Positions 10,177-20,261 of a stretch of DNA of 64,000 bases are shown here, piece after piece. The notes beneath the pieces are model-generated. The model saw only the letters and a program-made list of their open reading frames with translations. It did not search any database and was not told the DNA's origin. Every line of letters begins with the position of its first letter. Positions within the stretch are counted from its first letter, which is position 1. The DNA lies in the NCBI GenBank assembly GCA_944391815.1, contig CALXUV010000046.1, positions 20,195 through 84,194 of the forward strand, written 5' to 3'. Both the position numbers and the translations under genes were made by a program. Source of the DNA: an uncultured Clostridia bacterium. GTDB lineage: Bacteria; Bacillota; Clostridia; Oscillospirales; CAG-272.

Positions 10177-12294
10177 TTAAATTTTCTCGCTTTTTTCAAT
10201 CGGAATGATATATCTTCCGGTCATCGGATCATAGTACTTTCCCCAATCATAGTAAAATCCCGTTTCAGTATCGTAGTACATTCCTCTGAATCTTATCGGA
10301 TTTATATTCCCAATAAAATCCGGATCTGAAACTATATTGTCCTTACCATCAGTGACAGCAAAACATCCTGTACAATCATAGACATATTCCGCTACTGTTA
10401 TGGAAGTCATACTTCTTGTATCATACAAAATAATTCCGGTTACATCCATAAATAAATTTTTACGGTAAAAATAATACTCACCTTCGTAAGAAAATCCTAT
10501 AATTCCGTTTGAACCGTAAATGTAATGTATAATTTTATTTCCGTTTTTTTCTGACAGCAACCTCCCGCTGTCGTAAAAATACTTAACTTCATTTTTTTCA
10601 GTTCTTTTTCCAAAAGCGTTGTAAGAGTATCGGTTATTCCCGAAAGCGCTTATCAGTTTGTCTGACGAAAGTCTAACCTTCATGTTTCTGTACTTGCTTA
10701 ACTCCCCTTCATCGCTATAAACTGTATTTTCACGTAAAACTCTGCCGCTGTTTTCCTGAATATATGTAATATAACTAAGTGTCTTGTCGCTGCCCTGCAC
10801 CGTTTTTACAGAAGCACCGAACCATGACCTTAAAGTTCCGTTCGAATTACATACATTATCCCGAATAGCAACACTATCACCCATAGACTTCTCTGATGAG
10901 GGCCGATTATAAATATCAATTTTGCTGTTCTGGTTTGTTACATTATAATAATGATATTTGTCACTTAAATCCGGAAAATAACTTGTATTTGGCGCTACGA
11001 CTTCATTTGACGGATAGCCTGAATTTCGTGTCACGACTGTATCTTTATAAAAAATTGAATTATAAATACCACAGGAATTCAGAAGACAAGTCAAATTTGA
11101 TTTATTCTCCGTTTTTACTTTCTTGTTTCTGATTTTACCCGATTCATCATAACTCAAATAAACAGTACTGCCGAAAAATTTGTTTTCTTCACGTACAAGC
11201 CTTTCACTTTTATCATAAAAATAAGAAGAAGTACCGTTGTTTCTGAGAAAATAAACTCCGTCCTCATCAATTCCATAACTGCGGACAATAAGTTTTTTAC
11301 CGTTCAAAGCCGAATGGTAATCGGTATACTCAGGATTTTTGCCGAACCAGTGGCGTTTCAGAACAAAACCCCCATCATTTTCAAAATTACTGAAACTTGA
11401 AGAAACAATAAGCAAGTTTCCGTTATAGCTTTGTACAACTGTTTTTTCGTTTCCGTCACTGTCTTTTTCCGTAATTTCTTTACATAACATCCCGGTTTCA
11501 AAAATCTGAATATTTCTGCTGTTTTTGCGAGTTTTCTTCGCCGAACCTGCTATATCAGCCTTGCATTTCACGGATTTTTCCGGATAAACATTTTCATAAT
11601 ATCTGAAATCAAAGGCTGTTTTTTTCAAATCATTATCTACACCGTATGAAACAGAATAGATTTTTTTGCCATTTTTCTCTTCGAAGTTATATTTTGCCAC
11701 TGTTACAGGAGAATTTTTTTCATCACCTATGTATTTTGTAATTTCAGTACATCGGGTACCTTGAAATTTACCTTTCTTATCCCGGTCGTAGGCTTTTATA
11801 TTTTCATTTGACATAATTGATCTTTCAGTTTTGTAAGTACAGAAATTTTGCTGGGTATAATCTTTAATTTCAAACTCTGTTCCTTCTGGAGAATAGTTTA
11901 TTTCAAGTATTCGTTTACTCTTATTAAAAAGTGAAATTGACTTCTGTTTTCCTTCATTATATTCAACAGTAAGTAAAAATCCGGTTTTGGTTTTAATGGA
12001 AATTATTCTGCCATTTTCAAAAAAAATTTCTGCAAAAGCATTTTCGCTACAATCGTCTGATTTATAAATATATTCAACAATAATTTTGTTATTAAGTAAA
12101 ACAAATTCCGGCTTTCCGTCAACAGTTTTCGTATATTTAAAATTCTTGTACATTTTCTCATCTGCAATGAGTGAAATGCTTAAATCCTGTTCAGCGTCAA
12201 AAAAATCTTCCGGTTCCGATATACATCTGATTACTCCGGTTGACAACTCAACCCCAAAACGTTTTTCATTTTTCGGTATAATGTAATTTTTCAT
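10177..12294 (-). CDS. Short Rhs-like protein (shell only, no toxin tip)
   Basis: N-terminus VELSTG resembles VNLSTGNL of the left Rhs; C-terminal ~170 aa align with the Rhs core (YIYGSNGIIGF, NPIRFRGMYYDTETGFYY, YYDPMTGRYIIP), then the ORF stops. Confidence 0.8.
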   Translation of the reverse strand: MKNYIIPKNEKRFGVELSTGVIRCISEPEDFFDAEQDLSISLIADEKMYKNFKYTKTVDGKPEFVLLNNKIIVEYIYKSDDCSENAFAEIFFENGRIISIKTKTGFLLTVEYNEGKQKSISLFNKSKRILEINYSPEGTEFEIKDYTQQNFCTYKTERSIMSNENIKAYDRDKKGKFQGTRCTEITKYIGDEKNSPVTVAKYNFEEKNGKKIYSVSYGVDNDLKKTAFDFRYYENVYPEKSVKCKADIAGSAKKTRKNSRNIQIFETGMLCKEITEKDSDGNEKTVVQSYNGNLLIVSSSFSNFENDGGFVLKRHWFGKNPEYTDYHSALNGKKLIVRSYGIDEDGVYFLRNNGTSSYFYDKSERLVREENKFFGSTVYLSYDESGKIRNKKVKTENKSNLTCLLNSCGIYNSIFYKDTVVTRNSGYPSNEVVAPNTSYFPDLSDKYHYYNVTNQNSKIDIYNRPSSEKSMGDSVAIRDNVCNSNGTLRSWFGASVKTVQGSDKTLSYITYIQENSGRVLRENTVYSDEGELSKYRNMKVRLSSDKLISAFGNNRYSYNAFGKRTEKNEVKYFYDSGRLLSEKNGNKIIHYIYGSNGIIGFSYEGEYYFYRKNLFMDVTGIILYDTRSMTSITVAEYVYDCTGCFAVTDGKDNIVSDPDFIGNINPIRFRGMYYDTETGFYYDWGKYYDPMTGRYIIPIEKSEKI

Positions 12295-12618
12295 ATTCTG
12301 ACTCCTTTTGATTTACTTTCTCAGATAATCAGATTTTAAAGTTTAACTCTGACAAAAAACGACAGCTTTAAAAAATTTTTTCGAAGATTTTGCTCACTTA
12401 AATTAGCTACGTATTACTAATTGTTAATAATCGCAGTCAACCGTTTTATAAAATTACGCTTACTCTATTTCCGAGAATTATAACAAACACCAGTTAAATA
12501 AATTTATTTATTCATTGACAGGTTCTGACAGGGTTGCAGGTTAAACTAAATCCGGAAGGCAAATAGCTTTCCGTAAATACATTGATAAAAATTAAAAATA
12601 TAAGGAGAACAAATTAAT

Positions 12619-15600
12619 ATGGAAAATAACAAAAAGAAAACAGATATTAAGAACATCGGTATACCGAAAATACCTGATAATTTTAACATTTTTCCGGAAA
12701 TAACGGAAAATGACATAGATCATGAGGACGTTAATGGCAGAACTTCGTTCAAAAAAAGATATATTTTAAAAAACGGGAACATTGCCGATATTTACTTTGG
12801 AAATATACTCCACCGCATTTCAGGTACATCCGATAAATGGGAAGAAATCGATAACTCTTTCGAGGAAATAGGAGATTTTTTCGAAAATAAAAAAGGGCTT
12901 TTCAGAACACAGTTCAGAAAAATCCCGTCGGAAAAATCAAATTTATTTCAGATTGAAAACAATAAAAGAAAAATCGGGTTTGAATTTTTATCAACAAAAA
13001 AGAAAAAGTTCAGACCAGGTAAAGAAGAAAAACCAAAAAGCAACTCTTCTTTCGAAAAATCAGCAGCCGGTCACACCTGCGGCAAAATAAGGTATCCGGA
13101 AATAACCGGAAACGTAGATCTTGAATACACTGTGACATCAGCCGGCGTTAAAGAAAACATCATTATCAAATCTAAGAAAAGATCATACATTTTTTCTTTT
13201 AAAATAAAACTCGATGGTTATACGATTACAAAAAAAGACGGCCGCATGGAATTCGGATTTACCGGAGAAAACGGTGAATATACACCTGAATTCAGACTTG
13301 CACCTTTATTTATGACAGACAGAACCGGTGCTGCAAGTTCAGATATCAGTTATTCACTTACTGCTCTTGGAAAAGATGAATACATGCTTACAATAAAGCC
13401 GGACAGCGACTGGATAAACAGCAGTGAACGTATTTTCCCGGTAAAAATCGATCCTACTATTGAATATCTGACATCACAAATCACCAACATTACTTCGGTT
13501 TCATATTCTTCAAACTACGATTATCTCGGCGGTATGTTCGAACAATACCGCAAAGTAGGATATGACGAGCAGGATAACGAATATATAAGCTATTTTAAAG
13601 TTTCGACTGAGCCCATACCTGAAGGTTATGAGGTAAATCAAGCGTATATGAAAATATTTACATCCGAAAGCCGGGGAATATTACTTGACGTTTATCCTCT
13701 TGATATCAACTGGAGTTTTGAATATCCTTACTTTTATGATACTGATCAGAATGCGATTGCAAGAGGCATACACGGCGGAGGCTACGAAACGCGCATAGAC
13801 GTAACCTCAGCTTATGCACGTTGGGCTCGTAACCCAAGCGAAAATTACGGTTTCCTCGTTAAATCGTATTACAACTGTTGCGATTCATGTTCTGACGTAT
13901 GGCAGTTTTATTCCGAAGAAAGCGAATATCCGCCTGTTTTTGTCGTTGAATACAGAGCTTCTGCCGAAAACCGAAAATTCAGACCTGAGCATGAAACAAT
14001 CGAAATCGATATGGGATTAGCCGGTAACACCAAAGTTGATCTTTTTAACGGCGGAGTAATTATTCAAACTCCTGACCTAAAAACCAAGGACGGCAAAACC
14101 GTACCCATGACAAGCCTTCTTTTTAACAATGACGCCGTCGAACGTTCCTCTGTTATGAAAGATAAGTGGAAGACGATAAGAGATTTTAAATTAGAATTAA
14201 AACACGATAATAAATTAAACACTGATTTTATAAAATACACCGATATATTAGAAAATCTGACCATCTTAGATAATAAATATCCCTCGGCAAATCTGTTTTA
14301 TACACTGGATGGTTTGTCTTGTCTGCAAACATCAGAAAAGGACCCTGTACATAACACCGATATCAGTGTGTTCAGATTTACTGATGCTTCCGGCAATATG
14401 TGGAAAATAACACCCGAATGTTATTTTTACACCGCAAAAACCGGTGAAGTCTACAAATATAGCAAAGTAATTGCTTCAAATAGTTATAATTGCAGTCAAT
14501 GCGAAAATAAAACATACTGTGAATGCTATAACGCTCAGAGTTGTCCGGATGGAAGCTCATGTTGTTCACAATGTCATGTCGAAACCAAAAACTGCACAAA
14601 AATTGCCATTATTGAGGATAATAACGACAACATTTATGAAATTTTCAAAGATAATGCTGACACCCTTTGCATAAGAACAACCGGCGAAGACTCCTATATT
14701 GTGGCAAAATATCAGTTTTCAGGCGGCAAACTTTCAAAAATCACCTATTGGAACGGTGACTTTGCAAATTACAGTTATAATTCACAAAACCGGATAAGCG
14801 AAGTTTCTGACAGTAACGGAATCAGGTTTACCTTTGATTATTACAATAGTGAAATCCGAACACAGCAATATGCCGTTGCGCTCATCAGAAAAAATCCGCT
14901 TTACTCTTTGATTACAGACTCACGGACTGTTAATGCCAACACAAATCGAGATCAATTGAGTTTTACTTATTATTCTGACAGAACATCAGTCAAAAATTCG
15001 ACTGGTATAAAAACAGTTTATGTTTTCGATAATGAGGGGCGTGGAAATGTTGTATATACCGATAAAAAAAATACCGGTCTTTCAATCGGAAAATCAACCC
15101 CGACAAATATAAGTACTTATAGAAAAAAATTTAACAGCAGTACCACTAGATACAAGTTTTTGGAAGTAAGCGAAAACAACGACGAAAGAACTAACCTGCT
15201 TGGTGATACCGACTTCAGTAATGTCATCAGATCAAACGATATAGTAAATTCAAGAAGCTGGTATTGCTCAAGTCTGACCCAGCAGATCAGCAACCTGAAT
15301 TATGTTCCGAACACGAAATCATTCAGGCTACAAGTCGGGAAAATTTCTCAGAAGATCAGCATGGATGTTTTTAACCTCCAGGGTAATATGTTGATTTTCT
15401 CGGTGTGGGCAAAAATTGAATCAGATGCCTACAGTTTGTCCGCAAATCCACCGAAAGTAACCATCAAGCGAACATATTTAAGACCGGACGGTACAGAAAC
15501 TGAATTTAACTATTCGAATTGTAATATTTCGAGCAACATGAATGAGTTCAGATTCGATCTGTCGTATGATGATTGGCAGTACGCTGCAATCCCGATAGAG

Positions 15601-18588
15601 CTATTTGCTGATTTAGGCAAAGACGAAAATTGCAGACTTAAAGAAATTACCGTAGAACTTGCTAACCTCGGAAACTCAGCTGACGCTGTTTATTTCAATA
15701 ATCCCAGATTGTCTGAATGCTACGGAGTAAAACTTGAAAATTACATCAAATCATCTGATCCTGCATCTACGTCATCGGCTGTAACTCCTAAAAAAGAACT
15801 TTATTACAAAAGAGACGACGGCACTTTCATAACAACGCTTTTCGCTGATGATAAAATGAATATAGTCAAGGAAGAAAAAATAAAGAAAAACAACGGTGAT
15901 CCGTACATTACGACATTTGAATATTATGATAATAACAGACTGAAAAAAACTGTCGACTATAAAGGAATCCCGACAACTTTCGAATACAACGAAAAGGGAC
16001 AGGTTACCAAAAAAACAACCGGTGAAGATGAAAAAGCTTTGAGCATCAACTACGTTTATGATGAAAATCTTAACCTTATTTCCGAAACAAATGAATACGG
16101 AATTGAGACGGATTACGAGTATGACGAACTCAACAGACTAAGAAAAATTACCGATTCAGGTAACAAGACGACTTATTTTTCCTACAATTCAAAAAATCAG
16201 CTGATCAAGGTATCATCTGAAGAAAACCCTTCCGAATCAGCTGACAATTCCAACACTTTGAGTTACAATAAAGGACTTAATACCGGCATGTCAGTTTCCG
16301 GGAATGAATATAAAATCGATTTTGACGGAGAAGGCAGAAAAAAGCAGGTTTGGCTTAACAACCTGACTCTTGCAAGTTATGAATACGGCTCGCGTTTTAA
16401 CACATCTTATACCGACAAAATCACCCCATGTGTCGGTAACAGTCAATTTATTGAATACAACGCAGCAGGCGATCCGAAGCAATCATATTATTACGAAGGA
16501 GGCACTCAGAAATACATAAATAAATTCGAATACGACTGTAACGAAAAATTGTTCAGAGTTTTTGATTACCCGGCAAATAATAAACTGGAATTTACTTATG
16601 ACAAATACGGCAACTTAACTAATGTAAAAAAAGCAAATTCTGTCGATAGCACGAGCTTCAGCCCGTATGTTTCGTACACTTATGATTATGATCATAAAAA
16701 CATGCTGACATCTTATACACTGCACTCAGCCAAAGAAGACGGCAGATCGTATAACTTGTTTTATGACAAATACGATATCAGTTATTCAAACGGAAGCACC
16801 ACTCCGAACGACTATGAAATAGAAACTCTTGAAGATGAAGTAAACAAAGTAAAGGCTGTAGGATTTGGAAGCGAAGAACGTCAGAAAGATTACCATTCGA
16901 GAACTACTAAAAAAATATTGATTAATGATAGTGATCAACCTATTGACGAATGTTCGTATACATATGTATACAACACTCATTCAACCGGTTTCAGCATCAC
17001 AGCTGATCGATACGGCAGAAAACCCGATGAGAGCAATAGGTGTGAATATTATACATCCGACGCATCAGGAAACATAAGTAATTTTTATACCTGCGGAAAA
17101 AAATATATAAACAGTAACAACGGTACAGATAACTATGAAGACATAAACTGTACAGATAATTCATATACATACGACAATTCAAACAGGCTTATCTGTCATG
17201 AAACTGACTCGAAAAAATATGAATTCACTTACGACAACAGAGGAAATATGACAGAAAAGAAAATTTACAGCAAAACTCAAAACGATCCCTCAACTGATTA
17301 TACACTTGACAAAATTTACATATACGGTTATAATAACACCGGAACGATCAAGGACACTTTGATGTCGGTAACCGAAAAAAGCGGATTAGAAGACACCGGA
17401 ACGATACTTTATCAAAATGAGTACAACTCCGGCGGATTTCCGACTGAATACCGTGGAAAGACTGTTGAATTTGACGGTCTTAATCAGCTTTCAAGTTACG
17501 GCGATCTGAACTTTTCTTACTCCGCATCCGGAATGCGGCTTACTAAGGGCGATATAACGTACGATTATTACGGCGATCTGCTGATAAAAGAAACAAAGCA
17601 GAATTCATACACAATTGAATATATACACGGAATAAACGGACTTATCGGATTTGTTTACAACGGAACGCCTTACTATTACATCAAAAATATTTTCGGTGAC
17701 GTATACTTTATTATTGACAGAAACGGCAACACTGTAGCTGAGTATGAATACGATGCTTGGGGTAAATGTACAATAATAAGTGAAACAGGCGGCATCGGAA
17801 CAGTTAACCCGATACGTTACAGATCGTACTACTATGATGTAGAGACAGAATTTTATTACCTCCAGTCAAGATATTACGACCCTGAAAATGCAAGATTTAT
17901 AAGTCCTGACAAAACAGATTATCTTGACCCTCAGTCTTTCGGCGGGCTTAACCTGTATGCGTATTGTCTTAACAATCCGGTTATACATAGTAAAGAATCC
18001 GTTGTTTTTGACGGTTCATCCGATATTTTATCAATCTCAGCTGATGAATCTATTGGATTTAACAGCAAGCAATGTGGAAATAGTTCTGCTTTATTTAATA
18101 ATGTCATAGCCAGTGGTTCATTTAAAAATGGATTATTATTCGGAAAAGGGATACTAACCGGCTTATATTTCAGCGGAAATTCAAGAATACAAATAAGCTT
18201 AAAAAACAGAAAATTAATTTTAGGGACTTTTGGAAAATTTTCACTACTTAATGCTACTGGACAAATTGGAGTCGGCAATGATATTTTTAACGTTTCATTA
18301 GTTGGAGTTGGAGATATTGGAAACATCAGTGGCATGGCTGGTTTACTAATAAATCCACATAAAAATACATACTTTGCCGGTATAGAAGCAAAAATTTCTG
18401 TATTTAGTGCCCGTGGCGGAGTACAATTTGAAATTTTTAATACACAAATTGAAATGGGTGGATCCGTAAGCGCATTGTCTGCGGGAATTCAATTTGGAAT
18501 CGGAATTAAAAATGGTGAATTTTATTATAAAAGTGGATTTGCTTTGTTGTTTGGTTTTGATTTTTATATAAGAATAAAATTTGCATAG
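12619..18588 (+). CDS. Second WapA-like Rhs/YD-repeat polymorphic toxin, divergently transcribed
   Basis: 1989 aa; AAGGAG RBS; same architecture as the left Rhs; core motifs NPIRYRSYYYDVETEFYYLQSRYYDPENARFISPD; Gly-rich beta-strand C-terminus. Confidence 0.93.
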   Translation: MENNKKKTDIKNIGIPKIPDNFNIFPEITENDIDHEDVNGRTSFKKRYILKNGNIADIYFGNILHRISGTSDKWEEIDNSFEEIGDFFENKKGLFRTQFRKIPSEKSNLFQIENNKRKIGFEFLSTKKKKFRPGKEEKPKSNSSFEKSAAGHTCGKIRYPEITGNVDLEYTVTSAGVKENIIIKSKKRSYIFSFKIKLDGYTITKKDGRMEFGFTGENGEYTPEFRLAPLFMTDRTGAASSDISYSLTALGKDEYMLTIKPDSDWINSSERIFPVKIDPTIEYLTSQITNITSVSYSSNYDYLGGMFEQYRKVGYDEQDNEYISYFKVSTEPIPEGYEVNQAYMKIFTSESRGILLDVYPLDINWSFEYPYFYDTDQNAIARGIHGGGYETRIDVTSAYARWARNPSENYGFLVKSYYNCCDSCSDVWQFYSEESEYPPVFVVEYRASAENRKFRPEHETIEIDMGLAGNTKVDLFNGGVIIQTPDLKTKDGKTVPMTSLLFNNDAVERSSVMKDKWKTIRDFKLELKHDNKLNTDFIKYTDILENLTILDNKYPSANLFYTLDGLSCLQTSEKDPVHNTDISVFRFTDASGNMWKITPECYFYTAKTGEVYKYSKVIASNSYNCSQCENKTYCECYNAQSCPDGSSCCSQCHVETKNCTKIAIIEDNNDNIYEIFKDNADTLCIRTTGEDSYIVAKYQFSGGKLSKITYWNGDFANYSYNSQNRISEVSDSNGIRFTFDYYNSEIRTQQYAVALIRKNPLYSLITDSRTVNANTNRDQLSFTYYSDRTSVKNSTGIKTVYVFDNEGRGNVVYTDKKNTGLSIGKSTPTNISTYRKKFNSSTTRYKFLEVSENNDERTNLLGDTDFSNVIRSNDIVNSRSWYCSSLTQQISNLNYVPNTKSFRLQVGKISQKISMDVFNLQGNMLIFSVWAKIESDAYSLSANPPKVTIKRTYLRPDGTETEFNYSNCNISSNMNEFRFDLSYDDWQYAAIPIELFADLGKDENCRLKEITVELANLGNSADAVYFNNPRLSECYGVKLENYIKSSDPASTSSAVTPKKELYYKRDDGTFITTLFADDKMNIVKEEKIKKNNGDPYITTFEYYDNNRLKKTVDYKGIPTTFEYNEKGQVTKKTTGEDEKALSINYVYDENLNLISETNEYGIETDYEYDELNRLRKITDSGNKTTYFSYNSKNQLIKVSSEENPSESADNSNTLSYNKGLNTGMSVSGNEYKIDFDGEGRKKQVWLNNLTLASYEYGSRFNTSYTDKITPCVGNSQFIEYNAAGDPKQSYYYEGGTQKYINKFEYDCNEKLFRVFDYPANNKLEFTYDKYGNLTNVKKANSVDSTSFSPYVSYTYDYDHKNMLTSYTLHSAKEDGRSYNLFYDKYDISYSNGSTTPNDYEIETLEDEVNKVKAVGFGSEERQKDYHSRTTKKILINDSDQPIDECSYTYVYNTHSTGFSITADRYGRKPDESNRCEYYTSDASGNISNFYTCGKKYINSNNGTDNYEDINCTDNSYTYDNSNRLICHETDSKKYEFTYDNRGNMTEKKIYSKTQNDPSTDYTLDKIYIYGYNNTGTIKDTLMSVTEKSGLEDTGTILYQNEYNSGGFPTEYRGKTVEFDGLNQLSSYGDLNFSYSASGMRLTKGDITYDYYGDLLIKETKQNSYTIEYIHGINGLIGFVYNGTPYYYIKNIFGDVYFIIDRNGNTVAEYEYDAWGKCTIISETGGIGTVNPIRYRSYYYDVETEFYYLQSRYYDPENARFISPDKTDYLDPQSFGGLNLYAYCLNNPVIHSKESVVFDGSSDILSISADESIGFNSKQCGNSSALFNNVIASGSFKNGLLFGKGILTGLYFSGNSRIQISLKNRKLILGTFGKFSLLNATGQIGVGNDIFNVSLVGVGDIGNISGMAGLLINPHKNTYFAGIEAKISVFSARGGVQFEIFNTQIEMGGSVSALSAGIQFGIGIKNGEFYYKSGFALLFGFDFYIRIKFA

Positions 18589-18599
18589 CAGGAAAAAGT

Positions 18600-19145
18600 A
18601 TGAACAAACATTATTACAACTTAGGTAATACTTTTAAAGTAAAAATTCGTAAACATTATTGCTATAAATGTAAAACAAAATTATCTATTGCTAAACATTA
18701 TAAGGTCGTATCGCAAAAATCCATTGATGCTAAATATTATGATTTCAGCATTGGCATTGATGGTGGAGAAATGATAGGGCCATGTGAGTTTATTCATAAC
18801 GTATTTTATTGTCCTAATTGTAGTGAATTTATAGAATTTATAACGCAATTAAATTTCGAAGACATCGATAATTGGATAAAAAAACTTAACAATAAATTAT
18901 TTAAAAAAGGACACAGCATTGAAATCAAAAAAACATATGAAACAAAAGAAAATAAATATATTGATAAAATAGATTCTTTGGACAATATTAAAAATCTTTG
19001 TTTACGAGTTCATAAAAATGATAAGACCATAATTATTACCAAATTTCCGTTAATACGAAAAAAAAATTGGGAACGTCCTTATTATTTCAAAATTAATAAA
19101 AAAGAATTTATGAAATCTATTAGAAAACATTTTGTTAAAGTGTAA
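18600..19145 (+). CDS. Putative cognate immunity protein with CxxC...CxxC
   Basis: 11 nt after the Rhs stop, AGGA RBS, AT-rich; CYKC and CPNC motifs. Confidence 0.7.
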   Translation: MNKHYYNLGNTFKVKIRKHYCYKCKTKLSIAKHYKVVSQKSIDAKYYDFSIGIDGGEMIGPCEFIHNVFYCPNCSEFIEFITQLNFEDIDNWIKKLNNKLFKKGHSIEIKKTYETKENKYIDKIDSLDNIKNLCLRVHKNDKTIIITKFPLIRKKNWERPYYFKINKKEFMKSIRKHFVKV

Positions 19146-19346
19146 ACATCGTTTTCAACTTCAACGCGTATGAGATTTATTTAATGCATTACCATCTCAT
19201 GTCTTGGTTAACTTAGTTTCGCCTCAAAGTAAATATCAGCGATTTTCACATGCCTATAAAATAATTATTTAAAACTATTATAAGTTTTTCCGTTTTACAT
19301 AACACAGATGTTCTAATCTGTTACAAGCGGAAATTTTGCAATTTGA

Positions 19347-20243
19347 ATCGATTTATTAAATTCATTAGAGTGTACAATAATAAGTGAAACAGGCGGCATC
19401 GGAACAGTTAACCCGATACGTTACAGATCGTACTACTATGATGTAGAAACGGGGCTGTTTCTAGTAACCTCACGCTACTATGATCCAGAGGTCGGACGTT
19501 TTATTTCACCAGATACCAATGAATATCTTGATCCTGAAACAATCGGTGGGCTTAATCTTTATTCCTATTGTTTGAATAACCCAATAAACTATTATGACCC
19601 TGACGGTCATTGGGCAATGCCTAATTGGTTGAAATGGGTAATTGGTGGAGTTGTTATCGTTGGTCTTGGAATTGCAGCTGCACTCACTGGAGGTGCAGCG
19701 GGCGTAATATTAGGCGCCGCATTTTATGGCGCAGTAACAGGCGCGGTTAGTGGGGCTTTGGTAAGTGGTGTAATCGGGGGAATATCTTCTGCGGTTTCTG
19801 GTGATGGTTTTTGGAGTGGTTTTGCAGATGGCGCCGCAGATGGTTTTATGTTTGGTGCAATTATTGGAGGTGCTACTAGTGCGTTAACAGCGGGTATAAA
19901 TATTGCTACTGGTGCCGTTAAAATAGTTGGCACAGCACAAAAAACGGGTTCGATATTTCATCGTTTTGCCAGCAACATTCAAGCTGGCAAAATGTCAATG
20001 GCTATAGGAAGATATTCGGAAATCCATCTGAATCGAAGTAAAGGATTGGGAATAAAAGGTTTTAGACCAGATGTTACTGGAATTACAAAAAATGGGTTAA
20101 GAATTGTTGAGGTTGTAAGTTCAACTCAAACATACGCTAGCCAAGTTACTAAGGTTACAACTATGATGGGAAGATATTCACATGTAACAAATGGATTAGT
20201 TCTTGATGGTTTGCATTTGTTGCTAAAATGGTTCGTTTTCTAA
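19347..20243 (+). CDS. Orphan Rhs toxin-tip cassette, putative PD-(D/E)xK-like nuclease tip
   Basis: 19371-19447 identical to 17767-17843; frame open from 19347 (ORF-track start 19572 is TTG); DPDGH motif; C-terminal RPDV...VEVVS..Q. Confidence 0.8.
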   Translation: MDLLNSLECTIISETGGIGTVNPIRYRSYYYDVETGLFLVTSRYYDPEVGRFISPDTNEYLDPETIGGLNLYSYCLNNPINYYDPDGHWAMPNWLKWVIGGVVIVGLGIAAALTGGAAGVILGAAFYGAVTGAVSGALVSGVIGGISSAVSGDGFWSGFADGAADGFMFGAIIGGATSALTAGINIATGAVKIVGTAQKTGSIFHRFASNIQAGKMSMAIGRYSEIHLNRSKGLGIKGFRPDVTGITKNGLRIVEVVSSTQTYASQVTKVTTMMGRYSHVTNGLVLDGLHLLLKWFVF

Positions 20244-20261
20244 ACTAAAGGAGAAGATTTT

